24,000 nt of DNA from the sequence record NC_015210.1; one strand, given 5' to 3'. Below, one piece after another: positions 8,991 through 15,628 of this stretch (positions within the stretch are counted from its first letter, which is position 1; each line of letters begins with the position of its first letter). The notes under the pieces are model-generated. The model did not search any database. It had not been told where the DNA came from and saw nothing but the letters and a program-made list of their open reading frames with translations. The position numbers were made by a program, and so were the translations under genes. The DNA is from Tsukamurella phage TPA2.

Positions 8991-9250
8991 TCCAGGGCGG
9001 CATCGCCCGCCCGCTGGAGTCCCTGCCGACCCTGCACGCGCTGCTCGACACCACCGAGGCCGCGGTGCTGGAGTCGATGGAGGAGAAGAAAGACCGCGAG
9101 CGGTACCTGGACGCGATGTATCGGCCGAAGCTGGAGCTGGCCCCCGGTCTGGCTGGCGCGGGTTACAAGCCGAAGCCCGCGGGCTTCGACGATGACGATG
9201 TCGACGCCTCGTTCGATGCGTTCGCCAGCGCCGCGCGTACCGGCCGCTGA
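8906..9250 (+). CDS. Putative -1 frameshift extension of the tail chaperone-like gene (T-like), or a separate overlapping gene
   Basis: Frame is -1 relative to 8592..8990 and open from 8858. Encodes HWRVLRAKLIQGGIARPLESLPTLHALLDTTEAAVLESMEEKKDRERYLDAMYRP, similar in pattern to frameshifted tail chaperone extensions. No strong independent ATG/RBS. Confidence 0.5.
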   Translation: MGHQPPYQAVAALSSATAQHWRVLRAKLIQGGIARPLESLPTLHALLDTTEAAVLESMEEKKDRERYLDAMYRPKLELAPGLAGAGYKPKPAGFDDDDVDASFDAFASAARTGR

Positions 9251-9264
9251 GATACCCTGATCGC

Positions 9265-9675
9265 ATGGCGGAACTCCTGGTCGGCTACGACCCCACCAAG
9301 CCCCAGGGCCAGCGACTCGCCCCTGAAGTGCAGGCTGAGATCGAGCTGCTGGCCCCGTCGAACATCCCCAACGGCGGCGTCACCACGTCGAAGATCGCCA
9401 ACGACGCCGTCACGCAGGACAAGATCGGCGACGCCGCGGTGGGCGCGGACCAGCTGGCGGCGAACGCCGTCGGCACCGCCGCTCTGGCCACGGGCTCGGT
9501 CACCGCGGTGAAGATCGCCAACGGCGCGGTCACCTCGGCCAAGGTCGGCGTCGGCGTGATGAAGGTCAAGGACGCCAGCGGCAACGACATCACCATGACC
9601 GGGGTGCCGGTGACCGCGGCGCAGTACGCCGCCATCCCGAGCCCCGATCCGAACGTGCTGTACCTGATCTCGTGA
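9265..9675 (+). CDS. Tail fibre-like repeat protein
   Basis: 136 aa with GGVTTSKIANDAVTQDKIGDAAV...SVTAVKIANGAVTSAKVG repeats and C-terminus TAAQYAAIPSPDPNVLYLIS. Confidence 0.65.
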   Translation: MAELLVGYDPTKPQGQRLAPEVQAEIELLAPSNIPNGGVTTSKIANDAVTQDKIGDAAVGADQLAANAVGTAALATGSVTAVKIANGAVTSAKVGVGVMKVKDASGNDITMTGVPVTAAQYAAIPSPDPNVLYLIS

Positions 9676-10382
9676 CCATCAAGCTGGGCTCGACGACCAT
9701 CTCGGCGCTGCGTCTGGGCAGCACCGAGATCACGCAGGTGCGCCTCGGATCGACGCTCATCTGGGCCAAGACCAACGTGCGCGACGACTTCAATCGCGAC
9801 GACCAGGTGGGCCTCGGGCCGAACTGGACCGACCACGGCACCGCGACCGCCGAGTTCCGCGCCGGGATCTCCCAGAACACCGCGCGAGCGCAGGTGCCCG
9901 ACGCGCTGTTCGACATCGTCCAGCCGGTGCGGTTCTCGCGCTGGCGCTACAGCGCGGCCACGGTGCCATCGGACAACGGCTACGTCGAGTTCCGCATCGG
10001 CAACGCGGGCGCGATCACCGCGGATCACATCACGCAGGTGTACGGCCGTCTGAGCAATGGCGGGTGGACGCACGGCGTCGGCGTGCAGCTCGACTCGGGC
10101 CTGCTGCGCATCGTGCGCATGGTCGGCGGCACCGAGACGATCATGGCCAGCTCGACCGCAGGCGCGGGCAACTACGCCTCGGGCGACATCGTCCGGCTGA
10201 CCTTCAACGGGCAGGTGTTCAGCCTGTACCGCAACGGCGCGCTGGTGGCCGGGTGGACCGATACCGGCTCGGCCGCCGTCGGCGCGGGGTACCGCTCGCT
10301 CGGCATCAGGGTGACCGGCTCGAAGGATTTCTTCGGCCCCCGCCGCTACAGCGCGTCGATCGACTACGTGGAGGCAGGCTGA
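9672..10382 (+). CDS. Minor tail protein (lectin/concanavalin-like fold is a guess)
   Basis: 236 aa, GTGA overlap with the upstream gene. N-terminal LGSTTISALRLGSTEITQVRLGSTLIWAK repeats, then a beta-rich domain (DDFNRDD...YVEFRIGNAG...DIVRLTFNGQVFSLYRNGALV). Confidence 0.65.
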   Translation: MTIKLGSTTISALRLGSTEITQVRLGSTLIWAKTNVRDDFNRDDQVGLGPNWTDHGTATAEFRAGISQNTARAQVPDALFDIVQPVRFSRWRYSAATVPSDNGYVEFRIGNAGAITADHITQVYGRLSNGGWTHGVGVQLDSGLLRIVRMVGGTETIMASSTAGAGNYASGDIVRLTFNGQVFSLYRNGALVAGWTDTGSAAVGAGYRSLGIRVTGSKDFFGPRRYSASIDYVEAG

Positions 10383-11473
10383 TGGCTGACCGGCTGATCT
10401 CGATCGACACCGCCGAGCCCGAGGGCCAGCGGTTCCCCGTCGTCGTCCGCGCCGAGATCCTGGCGGTGGCCGGGTCCGTCGGCCAGGTGACCTCGGTCAA
10501 CGGCCGCAGCGGCGCGGTGACGCTGAGCAAGACCGACGTGCAGCTGGCCAACGTCGACAACACCAGCGACGCCAGCAAGCCCATCAGCACCGCGACGCAG
10601 ACCGCGCTCGACGGTAAGGCCGCGGTGAACCACACGCACACCAAGGCCGACATCGGCCTTGGCAACGTGGACAACACGAGCGACGCGGCGAAGCCGATCA
10701 GCACGGCCACGCAGACCGCGCTCGACGGCAAGGCGGCGCTGAGCCACACGCACACCAAGGCGCAGGTCGGGCTCGGGAACGTCGACAACACCAGCGATGC
10801 GAACAAGCCGGTCAGCACCGCCACGCAGACGGCGCTCAATGCGAAGGTGAACACGGTCGACGCCGTCTCAGCGGCGACGGCGGGCAAGGTCGTGCAGCGG
10901 GACGCCAACGGGCGCGCGCAGGTGGTCGATCCGTCGGTGGCCGCCGACATCGCGACCAAGGGCTACGTCGACTCGGCCATCGGCTCCGGCGGCGTGGCCG
11001 ACGGCGGGATCACCACGGCGAAGCTGGCCGACGGCGCGGTGACCACGGTCAAGGTCGGCGACGGCCAGATCACAGCGGCGAAGATCGCCACGGGTGCGGT
11101 GGTGCTGCCCACGCGCACGATCACCGCGGGCACCGGCCTGAGCGGCGGCGGCACGCTGGCGGCCGACCGCACGCTGGCCGTGGTCTACGGCACCACCGCG
11201 GGCACCGCGGCGCAGGGCAACGACGCGCGGCTGAGCGACCAGCGCGTGCCGACCGACAACTCGGTGACCTCGGCGAAGATCGTCGACGGCACGATCGTGA
11301 ACGCCGACATCTCCGCGTCGGCCGCGATCGACCCGACCAAGCTCGGCACCGGCCGCGTGACCGGATCGACGAACGGCACCGTCGCGAGCAAAGTCGTCTG
11401 GACTGGCACGGCTGCACAACTGGCCGCCGTCGGGACGAAGGACGCGAACACCGTCTACATCGCGGCGGGCTGA
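10382..11473 (+). CDS. Tail fibre protein
   Basis: ATG at 10382 (TGATG coupling) within ORF 10064..11473. Three 38-aa repeats L(A/G)NVDNTSDxxKPxSTATQTALxxK...HTHTKA, then AV/KI stalk repeats and C-terminus TAAQLAAVGTKDANTVYIAAG. Confidence 0.8.
   Translation: MADRLISIDTAEPEGQRFPVVVRAEILAVAGSVGQVTSVNGRSGAVTLSKTDVQLANVDNTSDASKPISTATQTALDGKAAVNHTHTKADIGLGNVDNTSDAAKPISTATQTALDGKAALSHTHTKAQVGLGNVDNTSDANKPVSTATQTALNAKVNTVDAVSAATAGKVVQRDANGRAQVVDPSVAADIATKGYVDSAIGSGGVADGGITTAKLADGAVTTVKVGDGQITAAKIATGAVVLPTRTITAGTGLSGGGTLAADRTLAVVYGTTAGTAAQGNDARLSDQRVPTDNSVTSAKIVDGTIVNADISASAAIDPTKLGTGRVTGSTNGTVASKVVWTGTAAQLAAVGTKDANTVYIAAG
10544..10846 (+). repeat. Tandem coding repeat, period 114 bp (38 aa), 2 full copies plus a partial third
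   Basis: LANVDNTSDASKPISTATQTALDGK / LGNVDNTSDAAKPISTATQTALDGK / LGNVDNTSDANKPVSTATQTALNAK. Confidence 0.9.
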
Positions 11474-11476
11474 CCC

Positions 11477-12130
11477 ATGCCGCTCTACGTCGGACCCACC
11501 CTCGCCACGGACGTGTACAACGGGGTGACTCCCGCCGACTCGGTGTTCCTCGGTAACACCGAGGTATGGCGGCGCACCCCGACCCTCGTGGAGATCACGG
11601 GCAACAACGCCGCGTATCCGATCCCAGCGTACGCGGCGTTCGTCGACGTGGTGATCCTGTCCGGCGGCGGCGGCGGTCGTGAGGGCGACGGCGGCGCGGG
11701 CGCGACGGGCAACGGCGGGAAGAAAGGCCAATGGTCCTCCACGACCCTGAACGTGGCGGCCCTGGGCATCACCACCCTGAACCTGTCCATCGGCGCGGGC
11801 GGCCCGGCGGGGGCCAAAGATGCGGGGAACGTCGTCGAGTCGAGCCGGGGCGGCACCACTACGGTTGCGTGGGCGGGTGGGTCGCTCTCAATCCCCGGCG
11901 GTGGCGGCGGCTCGGGTACCGGCGGCGCGGCCGGTGAGTCGCCGGGTAGCTACTCCTACGGCGGTCAGACCTTCACTGGCGGCGGTACGGCCCCGTCGGG
12001 CAGCTCGCGAACCAACGGCAACCCGCCCGGCGGTGGCGGCGGCGGCGGCGCGGGCGGGATCTTCAATGGGCAGACCGCGGGCATGGCGGGCGCGCAGGGC
12101 CGTATCTGGCTGATCTTCCGGTCATACTGA
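11477..12130 (+). CDS. Glycine-rich minor tail / putative tail tip or fibre-associated protein
   Basis: 217 aa. MPLYVGPTLATDVYNGVTPADSVFLGNTEVWRR followed by a Gly-rich domain (GGGGGSGTGGAAG...PPGGGGGGGAGG...GRIWLIF). Last gene of the rightward block. Confidence 0.7.
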   Translation: MPLYVGPTLATDVYNGVTPADSVFLGNTEVWRRTPTLVEITGNNAAYPIPAYAAFVDVVILSGGGGGREGDGGAGATGNGGKKGQWSSTTLNVAALGITTLNLSIGAGGPAGAKDAGNVVESSRGGTTTVAWAGGSLSIPGGGGGSGTGGAAGESPGSYSYGGQTFTGGGTAPSGSSRTNGNPPGGGGGGGAGGIFNGQTAGMAGAQGRIWLIFRSY

Positions 12131-12134
12131 CGAC

Positions 12135-12167
12135 GAGACCCCGCCACCGTGGAGGTGACGGGGTCTC
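12135..12167. terminator. Hairpin terminator candidate between convergent genes (bidirectional)
   Basis: GAGACCCCGCCACC (12135-12148), loop GTGGA, GGTGACGGGGTCTC (12154-12167): 14-bp stem with one mismatch, between the stop at 12130 (+) and the stop at 12178 (-). Confidence 0.7.
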
Positions 12168-12177
12168 TCGGGGCCGG

Positions 12178-12468
12178 TCAGATGTTGCGACCTCGGCCGC
12201 CCCAGTTACCGCGGCCGGGTCGGCTGGCCAGCCACTTGTCGATCGTGGCGGGCTTCCATCCCTTGTGCGTCCCGATCATCACGTCGGGCTCGGGCAGTGC
12301 CATTTTCGTGAGCGACTGGACCCGCTTCACGCCGATGTACTCGGCCACCTCGGTGCGGCTCAGGTACGTGGGCACCGTGCGGCCCCGCGCACGCTGCGCG
12401 GCGGCGAACGCCTTCATCGGACGGGTCTCGTCGATTCCGGTCGTGGTCGTCTGTCCCATTTTGCTCAC
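12178..12468 (-). CDS. Helix-turn-helix DNA-binding protein (AlpA/excisionase-like)
   Basis: 96 aa (ATG alternative at 12459): YLSRTEVAEYIGVKR...LPEPDVMIGTHKGWKPATIDKWLASRPGRG matches an AlpA/Xis-like winged-HTH pattern. GGAGG upstream. Confidence 0.65.
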   Translation of the reverse strand: MSKMGQTTTTGIDETRPMKAFAAAQRARGRTVPTYLSRTEVAEYIGVKRVQSLTKMALPEPDVMIGTHKGWKPATIDKWLASRPGRGNWGGRGRNI

Positions 12469-12848
12469 CTCCTCGGCTGGACATCACCTACTAGTGTAGG
12501 GGTTATGCCGGGGGCGTGTACAGCGGCGCGTCCCAGGACGGCGCGCGACCATTCGTTCCGCGGGGCGTCGCTCACCGTCAGCGAGACGGTGCGGTCGCCC
12601 ACGGTGTCGATCATCTGGCGCACCTCACGGTCGAACCGATCGAGCACGGCGTCGACACTGTCGAGGAACCCCGTCGGGCACAGGTCGCCGCGGCTCTCGG
12701 TCTCGATCCGGTCGTACTGCCGGTGAGCGACGCCGAGCTGGCGAGCGAACCCGACCTTGCTCAGGCCGGTGTACAGCCGCTTGGCCCGGATCAGCTCGCC
12801 GAGCCCCGCCGTCGGCCTCGGCGGGTTCGGGGTGGTCTCCTCGGGCAC
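12465..12848 (-). CDS. XRE/Cro-CI-like helix-turn-helix protein, candidate repressor
   Basis: 127 aa: GLGELIRAKRLYTGLSKVGFARQLGVAHRQYDRIETESRG resembles an HTH_XRE core. Overlaps the downstream HTH gene by 4 nt. Confidence 0.55.
   Translation of the reverse strand: MPEETTPNPPRPTAGLGELIRAKRLYTGLSKVGFARQLGVAHRQYDRIETESRGDLCPTGFLDSVDAVLDRFDREVRQMIDTVGDRTVSLTVSDAPRNEWSRAVLGRAAVHAPGITPTLVGDVQPRR
12485..12500. promoter_or_regulatory. Operator-like site related to the AGTAGGTA family
   Basis: CACCTACTAGTGTAGG: CCTAC...GTAGG inverted arms around TAGT. Shares (A)CCTACT with the three promoter sites. No good -35 found. Confidence 0.45.
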
Positions 12849-12860
12849 GTGGCCCTCCTC

Positions 12861-13010
12861 TCAGTCTTCGGCGCGGAGCTGCGCCCACTCGGTGGGGAAC
12901 AGCCGCGCGATGCAGTCGACGCACTCGTTCTCGCGACCGACGACGAACGAATCAACGTCCTGGTCCACCAGCGTGTCGCAGTGGATGCAGTTCTCGTTCT
13001 CGGTGTACAT
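12861..13010 (-). CDS. 49-aa double-CxxC (putative zinc-binding) small protein
   Basis: Embedded in the listed 12861..13487 ORF. ATG at 13010 preceded by GGGAGGAG. Product MYTENENCIHCDTLVDQDVDSFVVGRENECVDCIARLFPTEWAQLRAED. Confidence 0.7.
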   Translation of the reverse strand: MYTENENCIHCDTLVDQDVDSFVVGRENECVDCIARLFPTEWAQLRAED

Positions 13011-13056
13011 CGTGGGGTCTCCTCCCTGGGCGGGTCCATCCCGCCGCACGGGAATG

Positions 13057-13085
13057 ACTTTACCTACTGTGGTGGTGAAAGTCAA
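13057..13085 (-). promoter_or_regulatory. Leftward sigma70-like promoter (family site B)
   Basis: Reverse strand TTGACT-TTCACCACCACAGTAGG-TAAAGT, spacer 17 nt. Predicted start ~40 nt upstream of the ATG at 13010. Confidence 0.75.
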
Positions 13086-13105
13086 TCCCGTGCGGGAGGC
13101 CCGGC

Positions 13106-13444
13106 CTACTCCTCGTCCTCGGCGGGCGGGCAGTAGTTCGGCGACTCGGGATCGAGCGAGCACACCGGGTCGTCCTTCTCGTTCACCGTCGGCTTGGCCG
13201 GGGTCTCGAAGGTCACCGCGGGCGGCTCCGGCGTAGCGGCGGGCTCCTCGGCCTCGTCCTCCTCGTCGTCCTCGGGCGGGCAGAAAATGTCGTGGATGAT
13301 GTCGCCGAGCGAGCGGTCGCCGCCGGTCTCGGCGGACGTGCCGGTGTCGGTGCCCGTCGAGTCGCCGGGCTCGGCGAACGCCGGGGCGGCGGGGATGAGC
13401 AGCGCGGCCAGCGCGGTGGTGGTGATCAGGGTCTTGCGGAACAT
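13106..13444 (-). CDS. Small secreted acidic protein
   Basis: 112 aa. MFRKTLITTTALAALLIPAAPAFA is a strong signal peptide with an AFA cleavage site. Mature part is acidic with FCPPEDDEEDE and YCPPAEDEE. AGGAG upstream of the ATG. Confidence 0.75.
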   Translation of the reverse strand: MFRKTLITTTALAALLIPAAPAFAEPGDSTGTDTGTSAETGGDRSLGDIIHDIFCPPEDDEEDEAEEPAATPEPPAVTFETPAKPTVNEKDDPVCSLDPESPNYCPPAEDEE

Positions 13445-13483
13445 GGTGTTCTCCTATCGGTGGGGTGTTCGGTGGGGTGGAAA

Positions 13484-13876
13484 TCAAGGGCGGCGGATCA
13501 GCTTCAGGCCGACCGAGTTCGACGACTGGGGCAGGACGGTGAAGCCGTCCGAGCCCCGCACGACGATGTCGGGGTCACCGAAGTAGCCGTTCCGCGCGTC
13601 GGACGCGGGCAGCAACTCGATCCAGTGGTTGCCGTGGCCGGGCGCGGGGTCGAGCGTGAAGCGCACCGAGTTGTGGCGCGAGTCGGGCAGGTAGCGGCGG
13701 TTCGTGTACTGATCGCCGTACGACACGCGGGTGATCGCCTGCGCGTCGAACTGGGCCTGGTACTTGCCCTCGGCCTCGGCGGCGACGACCTCCAGGCGGG
13801 CGATGTAGTCGCGCGCCCAGACGGGCAGCTTGTCCAGCCGCTCGCGCAGCTGGTCATCGGTGGGTCGTGCGGTCAT
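13484..13876 (-). CDS. Hypothetical protein
   Basis: 130 aa, MTARPTDDQLRERLDKLPVWARDYIARLEV..., with GAGG upstream of the ATG. Fits the leftward operon. Confidence 0.65.
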   Translation of the reverse strand: MTARPTDDQLRERLDKLPVWARDYIARLEVVAAEAEGKYQAQFDAQAITRVSYGDQYTNRRYLPDSRHNSVRFTLDPAPGHGNHWIELLPASDARNGYFGDPDIVVRGSDGFTVLPQSSNSVGLKLIRRP

Positions 13877-13957
13877 GGTGGTGTCCTCTCAGGGTGGTGG
13901 GGCCGGGGCGGGCGGGTGAGACCCGCCCCGGCGGGGAACCGGCGGTGAGGCCGGGGG

Positions 13958-14644
13958 TCAGAACTTGCCAGCGCAGACCGGGCCGATACCGGCGGCGATG
14001 CTGCCCTCGTCGGTCAGGGTCCGGCCGCAGCGGATGCACCGGCCGTACAGGTGGCCGAGTTCCTTCGCGCGCTCCAGCGTGAGCGGGACGCCGGACTGGC
14101 GCACCTCGGCGAGCAGGCCGCCGACGTACTCAAACTGGCCGGTCTCGGGGTTCAGCTGCTTGGCGTACTGGTGGCCCGAGCCGTGGACGGCGCGCACCAC
14201 CTTGGCGATGGCGACCTGCCCGCGGTCGTACGTGAACTCGTAGAACCCGTCCGCGATCTCGCCCGTGGTGCCCATGACCTCGTCCAGCATCGCCTCGGCG
14301 ACCGGCTTCGCGGCCTTGCGCGGCTGCGCCTTCAGCAGCTCGATCAGCTTCGACGCGCCGGAGCGAGTCAGGGCGGCGGCGTCGGCGTACGCCAGGATCT
14401 CGTTCACGCGCTCGCCGAGGTGGTGGGCCGTGACGTTCTTCCCGGCCAGCTCGCGCTTCCACTCGGGCCGCATGGCGAGGCGGATCGCGACGCCGAGCTG
14501 GGCGGCGCGGTTGACGTACTTCTCGCTGCCGTTGCTCCACTCGCGCTCATCGAGCAGCGAGGCGATGAACTCGACCTGGCGAACGGTGGCGGCGCGATCG
14601 GCGTTGATCTCGGTGGCGATGCTGAACGGATTCATGGCGGTCAT
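13958..14644 (-). CDS. DUF6011-like protein with C-terminal Cys motif
   Basis: 228 aa from ATG 14644 (GAGGGAG upstream). C-terminus LYGRCIRCGRTLTDEGSIAAGIGPVCAGKF matches the CxxCGRxLTxxxSxxxGxGPxC pattern. Confidence 0.7.
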   Translation of the reverse strand: MTAMNPFSIATEINADRAATVRQVEFIASLLDEREWSNGSEKYVNRAAQLGVAIRLAMRPEWKRELAGKNVTAHHLGERVNEILAYADAAALTRSGASKLIELLKAQPRKAAKPVAEAMLDEVMGTTGEIADGFYEFTYDRGQVAIAKVVRAVHGSGHQYAKQLNPETGQFEYVGGLLAEVRQSGVPLTLERAKELGHLYGRCIRCGRTLTDEGSIAAGIGPVCAGKF

Positions 14645-14685
14645 TGCTCCCTCTCTCGGCGGGTCGTTCCCGCCTGACAAGAGAG

Positions 14686-14714
14686 ACATTACCTACTCTG
14701 GTGGTGGTTGTCAA
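14686..14714 (-). promoter_or_regulatory. Leftward sigma70-like promoter (family site C)
   Basis: Reverse strand TTGACA-ACCACCACCAGAGTAGG-TAATGT, spacer 17 nt, upstream of the ATG at 14644. Confidence 0.8.
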
Positions 14715-14734
14715 CTCCATGCCGTCACCCCGTT

Positions 14735-14740
14735 TACGCT
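14735..14740 (+). promoter_or_regulatory. Possible -10 (TACGCT) of a rightward lysis promoter, leaderless candidate
   Basis: TACGCT fits TANNNT and ends 6 nt before ATG 14747. No SD-like sequence between them. No convincing -35. Confidence 0.3.
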
Positions 14741-14746
14741 GGGCAT

Positions 14747-15628
14747 ATGACCATCGGAAAGATCTACATCCTGGACGCCCGAGGCACGGGCGAACCGTAC
14801 GCCGACGACACCATGCTGGGCCACGTCTACACGCAGGTCCAGCGATGGCACCCCGACGTGATCGTGGAGCACGTGCGCTACGACGCCGCCCTCGGCGTGC
14901 TCGCGGGCAGCCGCGACCCGCTGGCCAAGTCCGGCGACAACGCCGCCGATCAGGTCGTCGCCTGGCTGGTCGCCTTCATCGCGCAGCTGGGGCCGAACGA
15001 CCGGTACATCGTGCTCGGCTACTCGCTCGGGGCCGTCGGCACCACGCGCTGGCTGAAGCTGCACGGGCACGCAGATCCGCGGTGCCTGATGGTCGGGCAC
15101 ATCGCGAGCCCGTCGCGCGCCGCCGGGACCAGCTACGGCATCGAGAACGGGGTCGACGTGAACCCCTGGCCGAAGCGCACCGACCCCCGCTCGGGGATCT
15201 ACGCGACGCAGGGCAGCGGGACGGTGCCGTACCACCTCGGCAGCCCGGTGCCGCTGGTCGAGATCGCGAACCCCAACGACGTGATGACCAGCTGCCCGAA
15301 GCACTCGCCGCTGCACAGCTTCGCCGGACCGGTCATGGCCTTCACGCTCGGGAACCCGGTCGACCTCGTGAACGAGCTGATGACCGGCGGCGCGGACGGC
15401 AACGGCACCGTCTACGAGATCATGTCGGTGCTGCTGACGCCCGACAACTGGCTGAACCCCGGATGGTCCAGCTGGCCGTTCGACCTCCAGGCGTACATGA
15501 CCCACTCGCACACGACCGACTACGGCCTGCCCATGTGGCGCAACTCGGCCGGTAAGTTCGTGAGCGGCATCGCGCTGCTGGCGGCTCAGGTCTCGTGGCG
15601 CATCACCCGAGCGAAGGCGACCGCATGA
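14747..15628 (+). CDS. lysB: Lysin B, mycolylarabinogalactan esterase (alpha/beta hydrolase, cutinase-like)
   Basis: MTIGKIYILDARGTGEPYADD... with nucleophile-elbow-like GYSLG, downstream Asp/His region (IANPNDVMTSCPKHSPLHSF), and coupling to lysA. Confidence 0.8.
   Translation: MTIGKIYILDARGTGEPYADDTMLGHVYTQVQRWHPDVIVEHVRYDAALGVLAGSRDPLAKSGDNAADQVVAWLVAFIAQLGPNDRYIVLGYSLGAVGTTRWLKLHGHADPRCLMVGHIASPSRAAGTSYGIENGVDVNPWPKRTDPRSGIYATQGSGTVPYHLGSPVPLVEIANPNDVMTSCPKHSPLHSFAGPVMAFTLGNPVDLVNELMTGGADGNGTVYEIMSVLLTPDNWLNPGWSSWPFDLQAYMTHSHTTDYGLPMWRNSAGKFVSGIALLAAQVSWRITRAKATA

Noticed and set aside
13096-13107. CCTACT near 13099 as a fifth operator copy
   Set aside because: Only six bases match, no flanking symmetry or TTGAC at 17 nt. 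It overlaps the stop codon of the 13106-13444 gene.
12861-13487. 208-aa minus-strand ORF as a single protein
   Set aside because: Its N-terminal part is an alternate frame of the signal-peptide gene 13106-13444. Only the last 49 aa have a proper RBS and sensible sequence.
12178-14644. A complete lysogeny module (repressor, integrase, attP)
   Set aside because: Two HTH genes and operator-like sites are present, but no integrase or att-like core is visible in this window, so lysogeny is not claimed.
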